Assembly: GCA_973851085.1 (NCBI GenBank)
Contig: OZ316775.1
Span: forward strand, 4,154,001 to 4,218,000
Source of the DNA: Ptychomitrium polyphyllum
Taxonomy: Eukaryota
Direction of reading: 5' to 3'
DNA: 64,000 nucleotides
The translations under genes were made by a program, and so were the position numbers. The notes under the pieces are model-generated. The model was not told the DNA's origin. It searched no databases and saw only the letters and a list, made by a program, of their open reading frames with translations. Below, one piece after another: positions 1 to 13,193 of this stretch. Within the stretch, counting starts at the first letter, position 1. Each line of letters starts with the position of its first letter.

Positions 1-1608
1 TTTTCTGGATGCCTTGCCCGGACTTCCTCCCAGGTTTGCAATTCCCCTGTCCTCGGGACTTCGCAAGTTGGTTTTCTACTTGCACAATTGAATACTATTC
101 TATGATTTAGCACGGATAAGTCCAATACAGAGTGAGTCAATTGATGCCAAAAATGATGTTCTTTTGTCGTTTCATTGATTCTTATTACATATTCTATGCT
201 GCTTGTATCATTCAATAGGTACACTTACCGTGACTTGCTCATTGCAACCGATGACTTCAAATACATTCTGGGAGAAGGAGGGTCAGGCCAAGTGTACCGA
301 GGAATCTTGCCCGGTGGTGTCAACGTGGCGGTGAAAAGGCTGCAGAGCGCCAATCAAGGAGACAAGGAATTCCGCACCGAAGTTGCCACTATCGGCAACA
401 TCCATCACATCAATCTCGTTCGACTACGAGGGTTTTGCCTTGAAGGAGCTCACCGACTTCTGGTGTATGAGTACATGGTCGGTAACACAAGTTCGTCTTC
501 ACAGCTCATCGCAAGCCCTTCAGATGTTGATGTTCTCAGGGATCAAATTTATTGCTATTTATTTGTTGCTAAACTCTTTACACTTTGTTGGTGGAAACAG
601 GTGAATGGCTCCCTGGATCAGTGGCTGTTCAAGGACGACCCCAAAGCCACGAAATTTCTCAATTGGCCAACTCGTTTCAACATTGCAATGGGAACGGCGA
701 AAGGATTGGCTTACCTTCATCACGATTGCCAGGAGCGGATTGTGCACTTGGACATCAAGCCCCAGAACATTTTGTTGGATGATATGTTCAGTGCGAAGGT
801 CTCAGATTTCGGCCTCGCGAAGCTGATGAGCCGGTCGGACACCAGCCAGGTAAAAATCATGATTAGGGCTTGGCAGATATCGATGATCATCTTCTTCATC
901 CTTGAAGTCACTGGTGATCCAACCTAACATGGTTGCTGGGGTTTGCAGGTGGTGACCCAAATGCGGGGGACGCCAGGGTACCTGGCTCCAGAATGGCTCA
1001 TCTTCTCGGCGGTTACTGACAAGAGTGACGTGTACAGTTACGGCATGGTGCTCCTTGAGATTCTTAGTGGCCGCAGGAATGTCAGCCCCGAGGAGAGTGA
1101 TGTGGAGAAGCAGTATTTTCCCAAGTGGGCTTGCAGAAAAATTGAGGAAGGGAGCAGGGTGGCTGAGATTATTGATCCGGGGCTCGGTCCGTTGAGTGAG
1201 TTAGATTTGCAGCAAGCAGATCGGGTGCTCCGAGTGGCCATGGTCTGCATTCAGGTAGTAATTCTCCCGCATCACTCTAATATTCGAAGGCGATTGCTAA
1301 TCTGGAGCTTTTGTGGTGTAACCCTTATCCGCCCGGGTTCAAGGTTCGTGTACTCACATTATGTTTCTTGTGAATGAATGCAGGAGGACATGCTGGCAAG
1401 GCCATCGATGCCCATGGTGGTGCAAATGCTGGAAGGCGTGATTCAGATCCCACTGCCGCCTCCGTTACCCATGCAATTCGCTCTCAACACACAGTTTGCT
1501 CGGATACTGGACCTCAACACGCAGTCTGCGATGGAGTTTTCAGACATCCACATTTTATCGGAAGCTAACTCCGCAGTAGCCTCACAAACGTTCGCTGCTC
1601 CAAGATAA
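1..1608 (+). CDS. Receptor-like Ser/Thr kinase, SD-2 / G-type lectin S-receptor-like type; 3' part only (kinase domain). Exons <1-33, 219-477, 601-849, 949-1254, 1384-1608
   Basis: Spliced frame reads [73 protein letters not shown]. All four introns are GT-AG and keep the frame. The ectodomain lies upstream of the window. Confidence 0.92.
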
Positions 1609-4085
1609 CACTGAGTACCAACTAGTAGACTTGTACAGATACAAAGACCCTTGCAACTTAGAAATGTGGAATATTTTGTGCAGTCAGGTGCAGATTCTCC
1701 CCTTCAGATTCCTACCATGTCGTAAACCTTATCCGCCCGGGTTCAACTTTGTGAGCTTGCTCGTTAAAGAAAGCTTGCTGGTTGATTGGTTGTGTCAGCG
1801 TCACAGCCGATGCGGCTCTGCAGACCTCACCGGAGATCGACTGTTCCGAAAGCAGAAGACGAACCAGTTGATGATCAGTGGTCCAGCGTACAGAAATGGA
1901 CACTTGATGGATCAGGTGAGCTGTAATCTGAAATGAGAGGCTGCTCAGTAGGTGGACATAGCATTTCTCTCATGAAGAGTTTCGTTTGAGAATGAAGGTT
2001 CTTTCAGATGGGTTTCGAACCCAAGTGGAGGTGAGCGCAGATAAGAAAGATGGGGTTTTTATTTCTTTGAAAGGCAGCATCTGGGTTCAATTTCTGCACG
2101 CTTCTAGCTGTCTAATGTAACATCCGATAGGATAATAAAGGTCAATGCACACAATGCAATCATTGGTACAAAGTTGGTCGATCGCTCATGTTCATGAAAA
2201 CTGGTGAGTTAGCTCTTACGGTTCTGTAGAGTTTCCTTTCAGAGGAGGTACCTTAGCTTTTATAAACAAGGAGTTTCCTTTGAGTGTGCAGTGGTAACTT
2301 TGCGCGGCTCCTCAATCATGTCCCTTGTCAGCATATCTCATGAAATACTCATGCATGTTCCAAGCTGGGAATCCTGGGGCTCAGCCCCTTCATTTGAGGT
2401 GACTGGGCGTGCTAAAGAATGTTGTTATGAAACGTGATTACCACATGAATTCAAGATAAGCATATTTACAGTTTATCACAGCACACAGAACGTATGACAT
2501 ACAAAGTCAACGAACTGTAAACACACTGACTTGCAAAACCATAGAGCACACTCCACTGCTTCCATGAAAATTCTAAACATCCCACGTTCAAAATACACAA
2601 AACCAGCGGAAAAGAGAAACCATCATCAAACATGATCAAACAACAATGAAAGAAGCACAAGCAAAAACAACAGTCAACATGTTAAACCATGATAAGACAG
2701 TGGAAACGACAGCTCATTAGGGTTGTTGGAAACGAAAGTTCAGTATGGATAAATTGTGCAATTATACTGTACTTGTTGTCTGCATCGAAGAGTGCAGAAT
2801 CTTGCATAGAAGGTGTGCATCATGTGCGCATGAAAATAAATTCACAGAAAGTTAGGCAATAGAATAGTATGCGTCCAACCTTCAAATAATAAGCACTCAA
2901 ACCCTTCTTGAAATGCTTTTACTTTGTCTCATATAGGACTAGTCTTGTACAATAATTGAAGCCAATAAGGAGACACCTTAGCTTAAGTAAATTGACAAAA
3001 TCTTGTCATCGACTATATTAGATTGTCAAGGCTTTTGTCTCCCAAAACTTCAACAATAACCAATCTAAGCAAGAGTTGGAAATAATTAGATGCCTAAGGA
3101 TTCCAACCACCTTCATTAGTCCTCATATAATCTTTTTATACATCTACAAGCTTAAAAAACTTAGCTTAGTTTCTCCCTTGTTTTAACCCACCTTTAGGCT
3201 ATTATTTATTAATGCATGATATCCGTATGCAATCCATCTTTGTCCATAATGCAACTTATAACACTAAATTAGAACCAAAAGCTCAATCCTTGACAAACTC
3301 CAATCTTAAAAAATAAAAGAAAATTTCAATTTTACACCAAGTTGTTGCAAATCCTTAGAAACATAAATAAAAAAAACACAACTTATACAAAAAAAGTAGA
3401 TTGCAAGCAACAAAGCTTCATATGAAAGATATAAGAGTGTTTAACAATGGATAGGAAATTAAGCGGAAAGCATATCAACAATATTGCAACCAATTAAAAC
3501 AACATCTACTCCCAATTATACAAATCAAATGCTAGCATTCAAAAGCAAATATCCAGTGCTTTGCAACAAATACAATCACATTTAAACTTCTAACCTCCAA
3601 CTATGGAAATTAAGCCTAATAATATGGCTCCTAATGAAGTCATCCATATGACTATAGTAAATAAGCCTAGCCATTAATGAAGTCATATACATGAGTACAC
3701 AATATTTCATCAAAACAAAATTACATGCTCTAATACTTTTTAAAAACTTGCAAAATTAGAGCTATTAAATACATCAAGTTCAAAAAAACCAAACAACCTA
3801 TTGTATGATGGATGTGACAATATAATAAGGAACATGACAATTATAATAATTTTTTCCAAATATCCTTAAATTTTCTCAAAACACATCCAAACCAAATTCA
3901 AATACTATTCAAAATCCTATGAATATCATAATAATATGTCAATATGTCATAACAAGAGATCTACATAGGAAAACCATTATAATGATTATAAAACACATCT
4001 CTTTTAACAACCCCAAACAAAATGTGTTATAGTATAGAAAATGACTTCAAAAAAACTAACAATGAATGCTCAATATTGATTTCAA

Positions 4086-4340
4086 AAACCCTAAACCCAA
4101 CTCCACAACATCCTTACTGCCCACGTGGCTTCCAAACAAAGCGCCCCTACATCATCCGCCGTGTATGGCCGTGAAAAACCGACACTGGACGACAGGGTGG
4201 CAATTCTGTGGAGGATGGGCCAATCAGAGATTAGCGGTGAGATTCCCGCCAAAGCTCCAGACTGAGAACCGAACCCCCTCCCTGCATCAACAACCGTGCG
4301 CGGGAAGCCGAGGGAAAATTAAATTCAAACTTGGCGCCAT
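4086..4340 (+). promoter_or_regulatory. Promoter of the GNAT-BRCT gene: telo-box, G-box, site-II/CCAAT and E2F-like sites
   Basis: AAACCCTAA about 4087, CCACGTGG about 4121, TGGGCC/CCAAT about 4216-4224, TTCCCGCCAAA 4243-4253 (reverse complement TTTGGCGG matches E2F TTTSSCGS), TTGGCGCC about 4331. Sharp AT-to-GC transition upstream of the first exon. Confidence 0.55.
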
Positions 4341-4982
4341 CGGCGGCGGAGGAGCGACCCGAGACGGCGATGCGGCAGCCGCGGTGGCCGATGTGGGGCC
4401 GCCCGCGCACAACGGCCATGGCGCCGACTTCGCTGGCTTGTCGACGAAGCCTCCGCGATCGGTTGGAAGCGATGAAGGCACTTCGATTCTCACCGAGGTC
4501 CATTCTGCTGCAGTTGTGACCTTGAAGTCGGGAGCTTGTACATAGCCTTGGTTTGACTGCGAGGTTTGGCGAGTGGCGAGTGGCGAGTTTTTGTCTCTTG
4601 GAGCCCACACGTTGCTGTTGTCCTCTTTGTTGTTGCTTCAAGCGTTTCGGACCAAGCTGGTTGGAGGGCGAGGTCGTGTGCGTCGTTTGTTGCGTGCTTT
4701 GAAGCTCGGGAGTGTTGTAGCTTGCAGCGTTTCTTTCGTTGTCCCTGTCCGTGTTGTTGCCCTGTCTGCTGAGTTCCGAGGTCTGGGTTGAGTGTGTGTC
4801 GCGGAGGGCAAGTTGGTGTTTTGGTTCTGTTGTTAGGGTTTGGGTGCCTTGCGGAGTACTGCGTGTACTGCCGAGGGGCTTCTGCTAGCGTGTGCAGAAC
4901 GAACGGGGAGAGATTAGGGACCGTCGCTGAGCATTCCAACCTTGGCCGCAAGAGGGAACGCTGCGCAGGGTGATCATTGAGG

Positions 4983-7900
4983 ATGGTGCCTCCTAGGAAG
5001 AGGAAGATGGTTCGGACCTGCCCCAGCACTACGTCGCTCTCAATAGGTGCGTTGCTGATCTGCAGTGCTTGATGTCCCCGATTTGTATTACCACAGGGCA
5101 ATCGCCAATTTAGGCTCAATGTGCTGATTTTGCTAACAAAGTTTCTCGTCGTATTATAGTCGAATCAAACGATGTGCATGCAGCGCTAGTAGCAACCAAT
5201 ATGGTCTAGATTAGGGCTGGTTCACAGTATGATAATGTCGCCGAGGGTTGTGTAGGTTTGGATTTGGTAGTCTTGGATCTCCTTTCGGTGAGGGCGATGT
5301 ATTAATGAATGTAGCCTTGGAAAATAAGTAGCGGTATTCGTGTTCGAAGGAGTGGTCGAACTATTGTTTTCGTGGCTCTGCCGTAAAGACCCGTTGTTCC
5401 ATTTCTCGAATCTTACTTTCTCTGATGTTGTGCAGGGAACTGCATAATTGAGTTTCCTAGTGACGCTGATCAGGAGCTCACCACCGAAACACTTTGTCTG
5501 CAAGTCAATCAGTTTGCAGTGATTAAATTAAGTGGTACCATTTCTATGTCTGATAGCTTCACCTCAACAATTTCCACCGTCAATCGTGCAATTTCATCTA
5601 AGTAGATCATATTTTTCAGATAATACTCCTGTCAAGTGCTCATTCTCTGTTGTGTCATGCATATTCCTCCAATAGCGTACACGTTCTCGGTAGTGGCTAT
5701 GGTGTCAGTCTTTTTCTCTTTATTGCAGAAGCCTGACGCTTGGTTAATCTTTATGCATCTTATTTGGTCAGAAGCCCCTCAGAGATGACCTAATTTTTTC
5801 AACATTTTTAATTAATTATGTAGTACATCTGGGTGTCGCATTTTAGAGAATTGGACTGGTTATATGTCCAGTATGTACTCTTATTTTCCTCCTTTGGTTT
5901 GGGCTGTGCAGTTGATAAATTGAAGACTCAAGCTCCTGAGACGCCAAGACCTTGTAGCCCGGGTATTGGTCTGCACTGCTCTTGTTCCCTGTCCCTGTTT
6001 TTATCATGTCAATATTCATGTATGTTCGCAAGCAACCTTGCGGATTCGTATGTCATAATGTCGCCTTGGTGTCACATCTACAGTGGAACATTTCGAAGGA
6101 TGGTACTCTGTGTTTGTTTTACACGAAGTGTCACAGTTTGCTGATAGTGTACAATCCCATGCTGCAGGTTCTGTTCAGCCATCGGAGCTTTCGTTCCAAT
6201 TAATTAATCCCAAAAGCTTAGATGAGATTAATCATGAGCTTCTTGAGGTACTGCCAACTTTTAATTGCACCTCAAATCGTATTGTACTAGTCACAGTCTT
6301 TTTAGTTTTCAGGTGTTTAAGTTGAACATGGCCAATAGGAGAGATCTAGGTTTTGGAAGAATGGAAGATGTGGGTGAAATCTAAACAAAGGTTTATTAAA
6401 TTAATGTACACTTCAGAGGACCACCAAGCTTTACAAGCAGGAGCTACCAGCAATGAGTTTTGCAGCCGATACTGGCAAAGAGTCTGATTTTCTTCGACAC
6501 TGCACAATGAATGGGTGCGTTTTGGTTTTGCTGAGCTTCACTTTTTTAAAATTTTTTGACTGCGTGATGGGCAAAGGTGCAAGAAACTTATGCTCTGATA
6601 ATATGAACTCATATTTCTCATAATTTCTGCAGAAAGTATTGTACTTTATTGATGAAGAAGTCTGGTCTTTCTCTCGCCGATCCTGAGGTACATCTTATCA
6701 CTTCTACTTAGTTTTGAGTATGATCTTATGATCTAATAATGTGTCTATGCTTGTTGAACTTGTAAGTCGTGGGATGGTTGTGTAACTCCTTGCGCAACCT
6801 ATACAACTTTGTCGTACTACAGGGCCGACCATGAAATTCGCTTGTCTGCAGATTGTCGTAGGGGCCATTACCTACCAGATTCTTCCCACTAGTACTCAAT
6901 ATGCTGAAATCCCGCTGGCTGCTGTGGATCAAACTTGCCAACGACAGGTAAACACATGCCTTCAGATTTGTGCCCAGCTCTCAGATACTACTCTTCATTA
7001 CCAATTCGAAGATTTATTTCTTTGTGGTTGCATCTTACCTAAATCCTCTATATATTGTTTTTACTGTAAATTTCATTCTGTGTGAGATTGAGCAGTAGTG
7101 GCGTTTTAAAATGTATGACCCTTCTATTTACTTGTGCAGGGCTTAGGTAGTTTGTTAGTTAAAGAACTGGCAAGGAGATTGACGGATGTTGGTGTGCTGA
7201 CATTGTTTTGCTGGGGGGACCAAGAGTCTGAACGTTTTTGGAATAAGCAGGTATATCTCTTTTCAGCATGGTTTAATGTTCGATCAACTTTTATGATGAC
7301 TGCCTGAGATACGATTACCGAATTTGACAAGAGACAGGACCATATAGAGAAGAGGCTGCAATCCATGAGGGTTATTTCTTGTCTGAGGTGTTGACTAATC
7401 TTAATGGTTCATTGTGCTGCAGGGTTTTTTGAAAATCGCGGAAGTTGATGCTCAGGGCAAGCCGCAGAAGCTCCGTTTAAAAAATGAGATTCGAAAGGCG
7501 ATGTCCCTTCCTGGAAACTCAGCGCTCATGGTCTGTAACACGCCTCAGGTAGGTACGCCTACACAGCCCGTGAGTGCTGGTGATATTTCTCCTTTTCGGA
7601 CTCGTGGGACAACAAATGCTGTCCACACCAGTGAGAAAGAGGTGAAGACTACATTCCCGGTTGAGGCTCAGCAGCCTCCAATCGCTCCTAGCGATGTCTC
7701 AAATATTTACTCGTTCGAAAACATCCCAAGTGAGGCGCCACTTAGTTCGGATGCGAGTCCAGCAGCATCAGTAACCTTAATTTCCAGTCCAAACCTCGCG
7801 AGTGCAGATTTGAAGCCGAAGACATACGCGAGAGGGTCAAGTAGTAAACTGTCAACTAACCCGACGTTAGCCTCTAAACCTACTTCAGCCAAGGCTAATT

Positions 7901-10229
7901 GCACCCTCAGATTTTCTGGAGTTGACAGCATTACGACAACTGAAAAGGGAATGTTAGAAAATGCAACTGTGCGTCCTCCAGGCCAGGTAGTTGAAGCGTC
8001 AATATGTGAGAGCTCAGCAGCTGTATTCAATCCATGCACTCGAAGAATTATTGAAGACAGAGTCTCCCCTGCATCCCCAATCGACACTGTAACGCATAGT
8101 GACGTTAAATTTAGGGAGTCCTTGAGGAATATGGAAAATAATAGCGTAAACGATTTTGTGGCTCCAGTGAAGAAGCGGCCCTGGAAAAGAACACAATGTG
8201 ACAATCCTAATGTAGCAGCCGCAACTCAAGAACCCCAATCCACTGGCTCAGGTGCGACGCTAGAAGCTGTTCAGCCCTACTCTGCTCGTCTGCCTGTTGT
8301 GCATTTCTGTGCATTTTTATGAAGAAACCTATTTCAAGGGTTAAGTATTGGTTTCTTTCCAACCGGTGGCATTTTTGACATATTTTGAGTTTCTGTTCAG
8401 AATTTGGCCTTGAGAAAGAGAACCAAGTGCCAGGTAGGGTAAAGGTCGAAGAATTGGATTGTGAAGGAAATGACGGCCGGCGAAAATCATGCTTGAAACG
8501 ACCGCGAGCAGAAACACTTCAAGTGAAGACAATCGGTAGGAGGTCAGTGCGAAAGCGAAGGGGCGAGAGTCCGTCTCCTATCAATCCTTTATTTCAAACA
8601 CCTGAACCATCATTGCCTGAGCCAAGTCCCATTTCTGAAAAGCCTCAAGCTGCTCAAAAGGCTGAAACTTTTAAGTATGGGGCAGTTCGTAATTCAATGC
8701 AAATCGCAACTAGTCCAATTGCGAATGTGGTGGATTGCAAGCAGTCAATGGCAGATGAATCATTCTCACCTTCAGTTGTAGGTGAAGATCACTTGAGTTT
8801 AGGGTTCGAGAAACATGGTAAGGGTTCGGTCATCCGAAAACGATTATCAACGCGGCTAGTTCATGTACCTGATATTGGAGAAAACTCACATTTGGCCTCA
8901 GGCTATCGAAAAGATTCTGCGACAGCCACCACACCAATCGTTTTCCTCAGCGGTATGCCGAACGATCCCAAAAAGAGAGCATTAGCACAGGTTAGATCCT
9001 TCGAACTTGCCCTAAGACTCAGCTTCGTTATCTGGGTTTCAGTTGGTTGTGCAATTAGATGTTTTGTGAACACTTCTCGTTTAGCATACCGCTCAGTGAA
9101 GCTTGGTATCTTTGCATACCTAATATGAATGCCCCTATTGATGTTCCTTGGAGCTCGATTTTGAAGGAAGGAGATTGTTCTGACTTTTTTCATAACACTC
9201 GCAGTTGGTTGAGAAACTCGGAGGGAAAGTGACTGGGGATGGAGGAGATTGTACACATGTCATTACTAGCGAAGTGAGAAGGACGGTTAATTTCTGCACT
9301 GCTCTTTGCAATGGGTAAGATCATGGGTACAATCGAAGTTTAGTGCTAGGGATTTGGTTTTCATGCTGTTGAATAAATGGTGTGCATTGATATCTACTCT
9401 GAGCCAATCGAAACTAGTATCAATTACGAAACCGAGCAGAAGGATCAATTCGTTCAATCTATTCAGTATGCTTCTTTTATTCTCTTCACTTCTACATAAG
9501 TCTCACATGTTTCTAATCTATGTGTAGAGCCTGGGTTGTTACGCTAGACTGGTTGAAAGCAAGCAATAGGCATAAATCGTTTGTTGGTGAGTGCCCCTTC
9601 ACTATTTGCATTTGCAAGCTTCATCATTGGCTCTAGTTTTTATTGAAATCAACTTTAGTACAGCTTTATTGCTATTAGTAGATTTGCCAAAGACCTTCAG
9701 CTTTACCGCAATCTTATATGATTTGTTATGGTACCAGATGAGAGGTCGTACATTTTAAGAGACAAGCAATTTGAATCGAAGTACAAAGTTAGTCTGGCAT
9801 CTGTGATCCAAGCAGCGCAACGAAAACCCGGCGCCTTGTTTACTGGATTCTCTGTCTACCCAACACACCGTGTGCAGCCTCCCCTGCAAACCGTCTCTAA
9901 GCTAACTCAAGTGGCAGGGGGAAAGGTAGGAACTTTTGGAGATAGTCTTGAAGTTTTGTATCTGTGATCCTGCAATCCTTTTGTAAAATATTAATCATTT
10001 TTTTGTCCGTAAATCTAACTATACCTGTCAGCAGATTCTCTCAAGCCTGGATGAAGCGTTACAACAGAAAGATCTGTCACACATTATTGTCCTGGTTGGC
10101 GAGGAGAAGGAGGAGGAAGGTGTTATCGCATCAAAAGCAGGACTGCGAACTTTTACCGGGGAGTGGCTATTGCAAGCAATAGTGAAGCAGAGGATAGATT
10201 TTGATTCCAAGTTCCCTGGTGATCATTAG
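4983..10229 (+). CDS. GNAT N-acetyltransferase + C-terminal tandem BRCT protein (BCP2/At2g41450-like). Exons 4983-5046, 5912-5962, 6168-6247, 6417-6514, 6633-6687, 6852-6947, 7140-7250, 7423-8251, 8401-8990, 9205-9314, 9528-9586, 9738-9925, 10035-10229
   Basis: Phase-consistent GT-AG splicing gives a GNAT core (LYKQELPAMSFAADTGKES; YAEIPLAAVDQTCQRQGLGSLLVKEL; FWNKQGF), a long S/P/T-rich linker and BRCT motifs (LVEKLGGKV, CTHVI, RRTVNFCTAL, WVVTLDWLKAS, GEWLLQAIVKQ). The two short N-terminal exons are less certain. Confidence 0.85.
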
Positions 10230-12200
10230 CTCCCCACCCTCCCCGTTGTGCTATATAGTATTTCTCTAGCCCAAGCATATCGGTGTAGTCACTCTAAATT
10301 CTTTGTTAAGAGTGGAGATCTCCGACTGAATTTCTGACGTGAAGCGTCCTCCACCACCATGATGATTTAATACTTTAGTAGCCCCTGGCCAAACTTCGGA
10401 TCTTGTTATTTTGGGAATCACCCCTACAACCGAGGAGGAATTAAATTTAGGTCTGAAGCTACCGTAATTGTAAGCAACTGCGCACTATTTTGTGTATAGA
10501 AATTTTGTAACAAAGATCGATTTTGTATATCAAGCACCATGCTTATTTGACACGACTGGCTATACTTTCTAGCAACCATGCTTGTGTGACACCAAGTTGA
10601 ATGTGAACAAACTTGTTATTACTGTTTCTCAGGAACTTGAGTGAAGCTACAATGAGAAACACGTTAGCCAGAAGCTTTCGGAAGTTAATGAACAATTGTT
10701 TGGAAAGCTCGTGCAGCTTGTTACACTTCCGTACATTCATTGATTCCCCAGTTAAATGATTCGAGACAAAGACTTTTCGGAGGGCCTGAGTCTCATACGT
10801 CTGAGGTCGCCTCGTTATTCCTAATTTCGTAGTTTTTAGTTGCTTACCTGCGTGAAGCAACCAATGTAAGACTCTGTTTTTAAGCCATGTAGGATATTTG
10901 CCGCTACAGGATGTAAGATGTATGGTAACGTTCTCATTGGAATCCAGTGGAGTGATCCCTATGCTGAGGTCATCAGAGGCAGGCGAGAATCCAATCAAGG
11001 CCCCCTCTGCTATCGCCGAGCCGGAATTCAGCTTTCAAAGTTCATCAACTCCGTCAGAGACTTCAGCGGGGCAAAAAATAAGCAAGGGAGGCAGGGAAAT
11101 ATAAGCATCCTCTACAAGCATTATATTGATCAATTGTTCTACATTATTCATTTTCGTTACGGGAATCATTGCAGTCCGTTCAGAAAAGTGTAACAGGTTG
11201 CATCACCAGTGAGTTGTACCAGTCCGTCTTCTTACTGTTTTTCGCCAGTTAACAATCAAGAGGTTGCTCATAGTGATTTACATTCCCTGGTCTCCAATCG
11301 ACAATGCTGAACAAATGTATCATGTACCTAGTTTGGGTTCCTTGTTTTCTTTATTTCGGCTGCTAGCATTGGGTGTGGCCGTCTGCTGCAAGTTTTCTTG
11401 CCTATAGCTGACTGAGCGATGCAGCTGCAGACATGCACATAAATTTTGTCCTAAGTTTGGTTTCTAGTATTTGAGTGTTAATGAACAACGAATTACGATG
11501 TTGTTTGATTTAAATAAGTGATAACTTCTATGTAGTTGTGTTTTGATGTGCTTCTCCGAGAGTAGTCCAAGAGAGAATCAAGTCATCTTCTCGTGAGGTT
11601 TTTTGACCATGCAAGCTAATACCGTGATGTTCAAGGTAGCAAAGTGGAGATCTAGCTTCCACAATTTGTTTGAGAGTGCTCTGGTGTCACTTGAAAGTGA
11701 ATTATGCTATATTAGAATAAGGTGCCGCATGAAAGCGCCCCAATGTGCCCTTCAATTGATGGAGATATCCTCCAGAGACCAACAATGAAACATGTGCGTG
11801 GTGTCTGATTTTTACGGAGGCTCTGCACTGAGCGTTGCAAAATATGAACCTTGCGCAGCGCCCAAGAGTTGGGCAAACAAATAAACTGGAATTGTAAGTT
11901 TGTCAGCTGAATCAAAGAGTAGCATTCTGTTGCAAGCATGTTTACATGTGAAACAGCAACATAAGACTTTACAGGTAATTCATTTTTAAGAAGATTGTCT
12001 CTGGGGAGCAGACCTAACACTCGCTCACCTAGTACGTAACACTAAGTAATGTGATTGAAGTTGGTGATAAGAAGTTCCATCAGCTATGTAATTGGTTCTA
12101 ACCCTGATTACGTATACTTTGTGTATTTAGAGACTAATGTAGTCTTTGAATCTATATATTCACAAGAAAATGCATTGCACTACGCTATTGGTCTAATGTA

Positions 12201-13193
12201 TTAAGGAATCCAAGATTCTCCATCAACAAAGCTAAGTGACAGAGAAGGTGCTGCTTCCCAGTTTGTAAGCTCACGCGACCAGGCCACTCTCCCTCCCTCA
12301 TTAGAACCAGGACCAGAGCATCTGTACTGCCCACAATACATAGATCTGTGCAAATAAACGAACAGAATTAAATATTTGATTTGACAAGATGTCATATTCA
12401 CAAAACTAAACGAACTTCATTTTGGTGTAACAGGCAGAAGTTAATAGAGGATTAACCCTGATTATATGCTTAAAGGATTCACCACAAAATAATAACTTTT
12501 GCATAGCATTTGCAAGCAAAGTGGATTGAAGTTCTAAAGATTCCTTAACTTTTTCCGGAACTGACTTGTTGTGAAGGAGAGATGAGGTGAACAGATGGAA
12601 ACTTATAGTTGTCGGTCAGGAAGGCCCCAGTCGAACCAGCCAGGGGCATAAATGACATCCGACATCCATGTGTAGGACTATACAACTCTAGAGAATGGCT
12701 CCCAAGCACGGCCCATATAGATTTGCCCAGCTCCTGTTATTTTGCAGTTTAGGAAGGGGAAACCAGTCTCATCAGTCGCATTCTGCCTTTTCTGTGCTGT
12801 CACAGCACCCCATGTTGTTTGCATCACGTTCAGCTCACACTTCTGCACAAGCATATCATCCCATTCAAATTCTGGACATAATTTGGATGCCACGCTACAT
12901 TGGTACACATTTATGACCTTCTCATTTGAGGTAATATTTTTCATAAGAAAACTTTGTGCAGTTGATGAAGAATTGCTGGGACTCACATAATCCATGGAAA
13001 GGGCATTTCCAAAGATGAAGTCGATGCTGCCTTGTATGAAGCAGTCCTTGTAGTAGTGGCGACCATTGTGGTCATATAGCAAATCCTGGTTGCCAATGAT
13101 TGTACAGTCATGGAAGACAGCGTAATCGGACTTTATTCGAAGCGCCACGGCTTGCATGCCAACAGCTCCTGGTGGAGGTGCTGGCGCAGTGTT
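12201..13193 (-). pseudogene. Pectin methylesterase (PME) pseudogene, 5'-truncated. Exon remnants 13193-12987, 12842-about 12607, about 12345-12201
   Basis: PME motifs QAVALRI, GNQDLLY (canonical QDTL), [33 protein letters not shown]. Premature TAG at 12678-12680, donor mutated to ATAAGT near 12601-12606, and no upstream exons recognised. Confidence 0.85.

Noticed and set aside
4066..5119. Several overlapping 100-200 aa ORFs on both strands
   Set aside because: They lie in the GC-rich promoter/5' UTR of the GNAT-BRCT gene, where stop codons are scarce. No domain similarity.
10543..12020. Short ORFs downstream of the BRCT gene
   Set aside because: No recognisable motif and no consistent exon chain.
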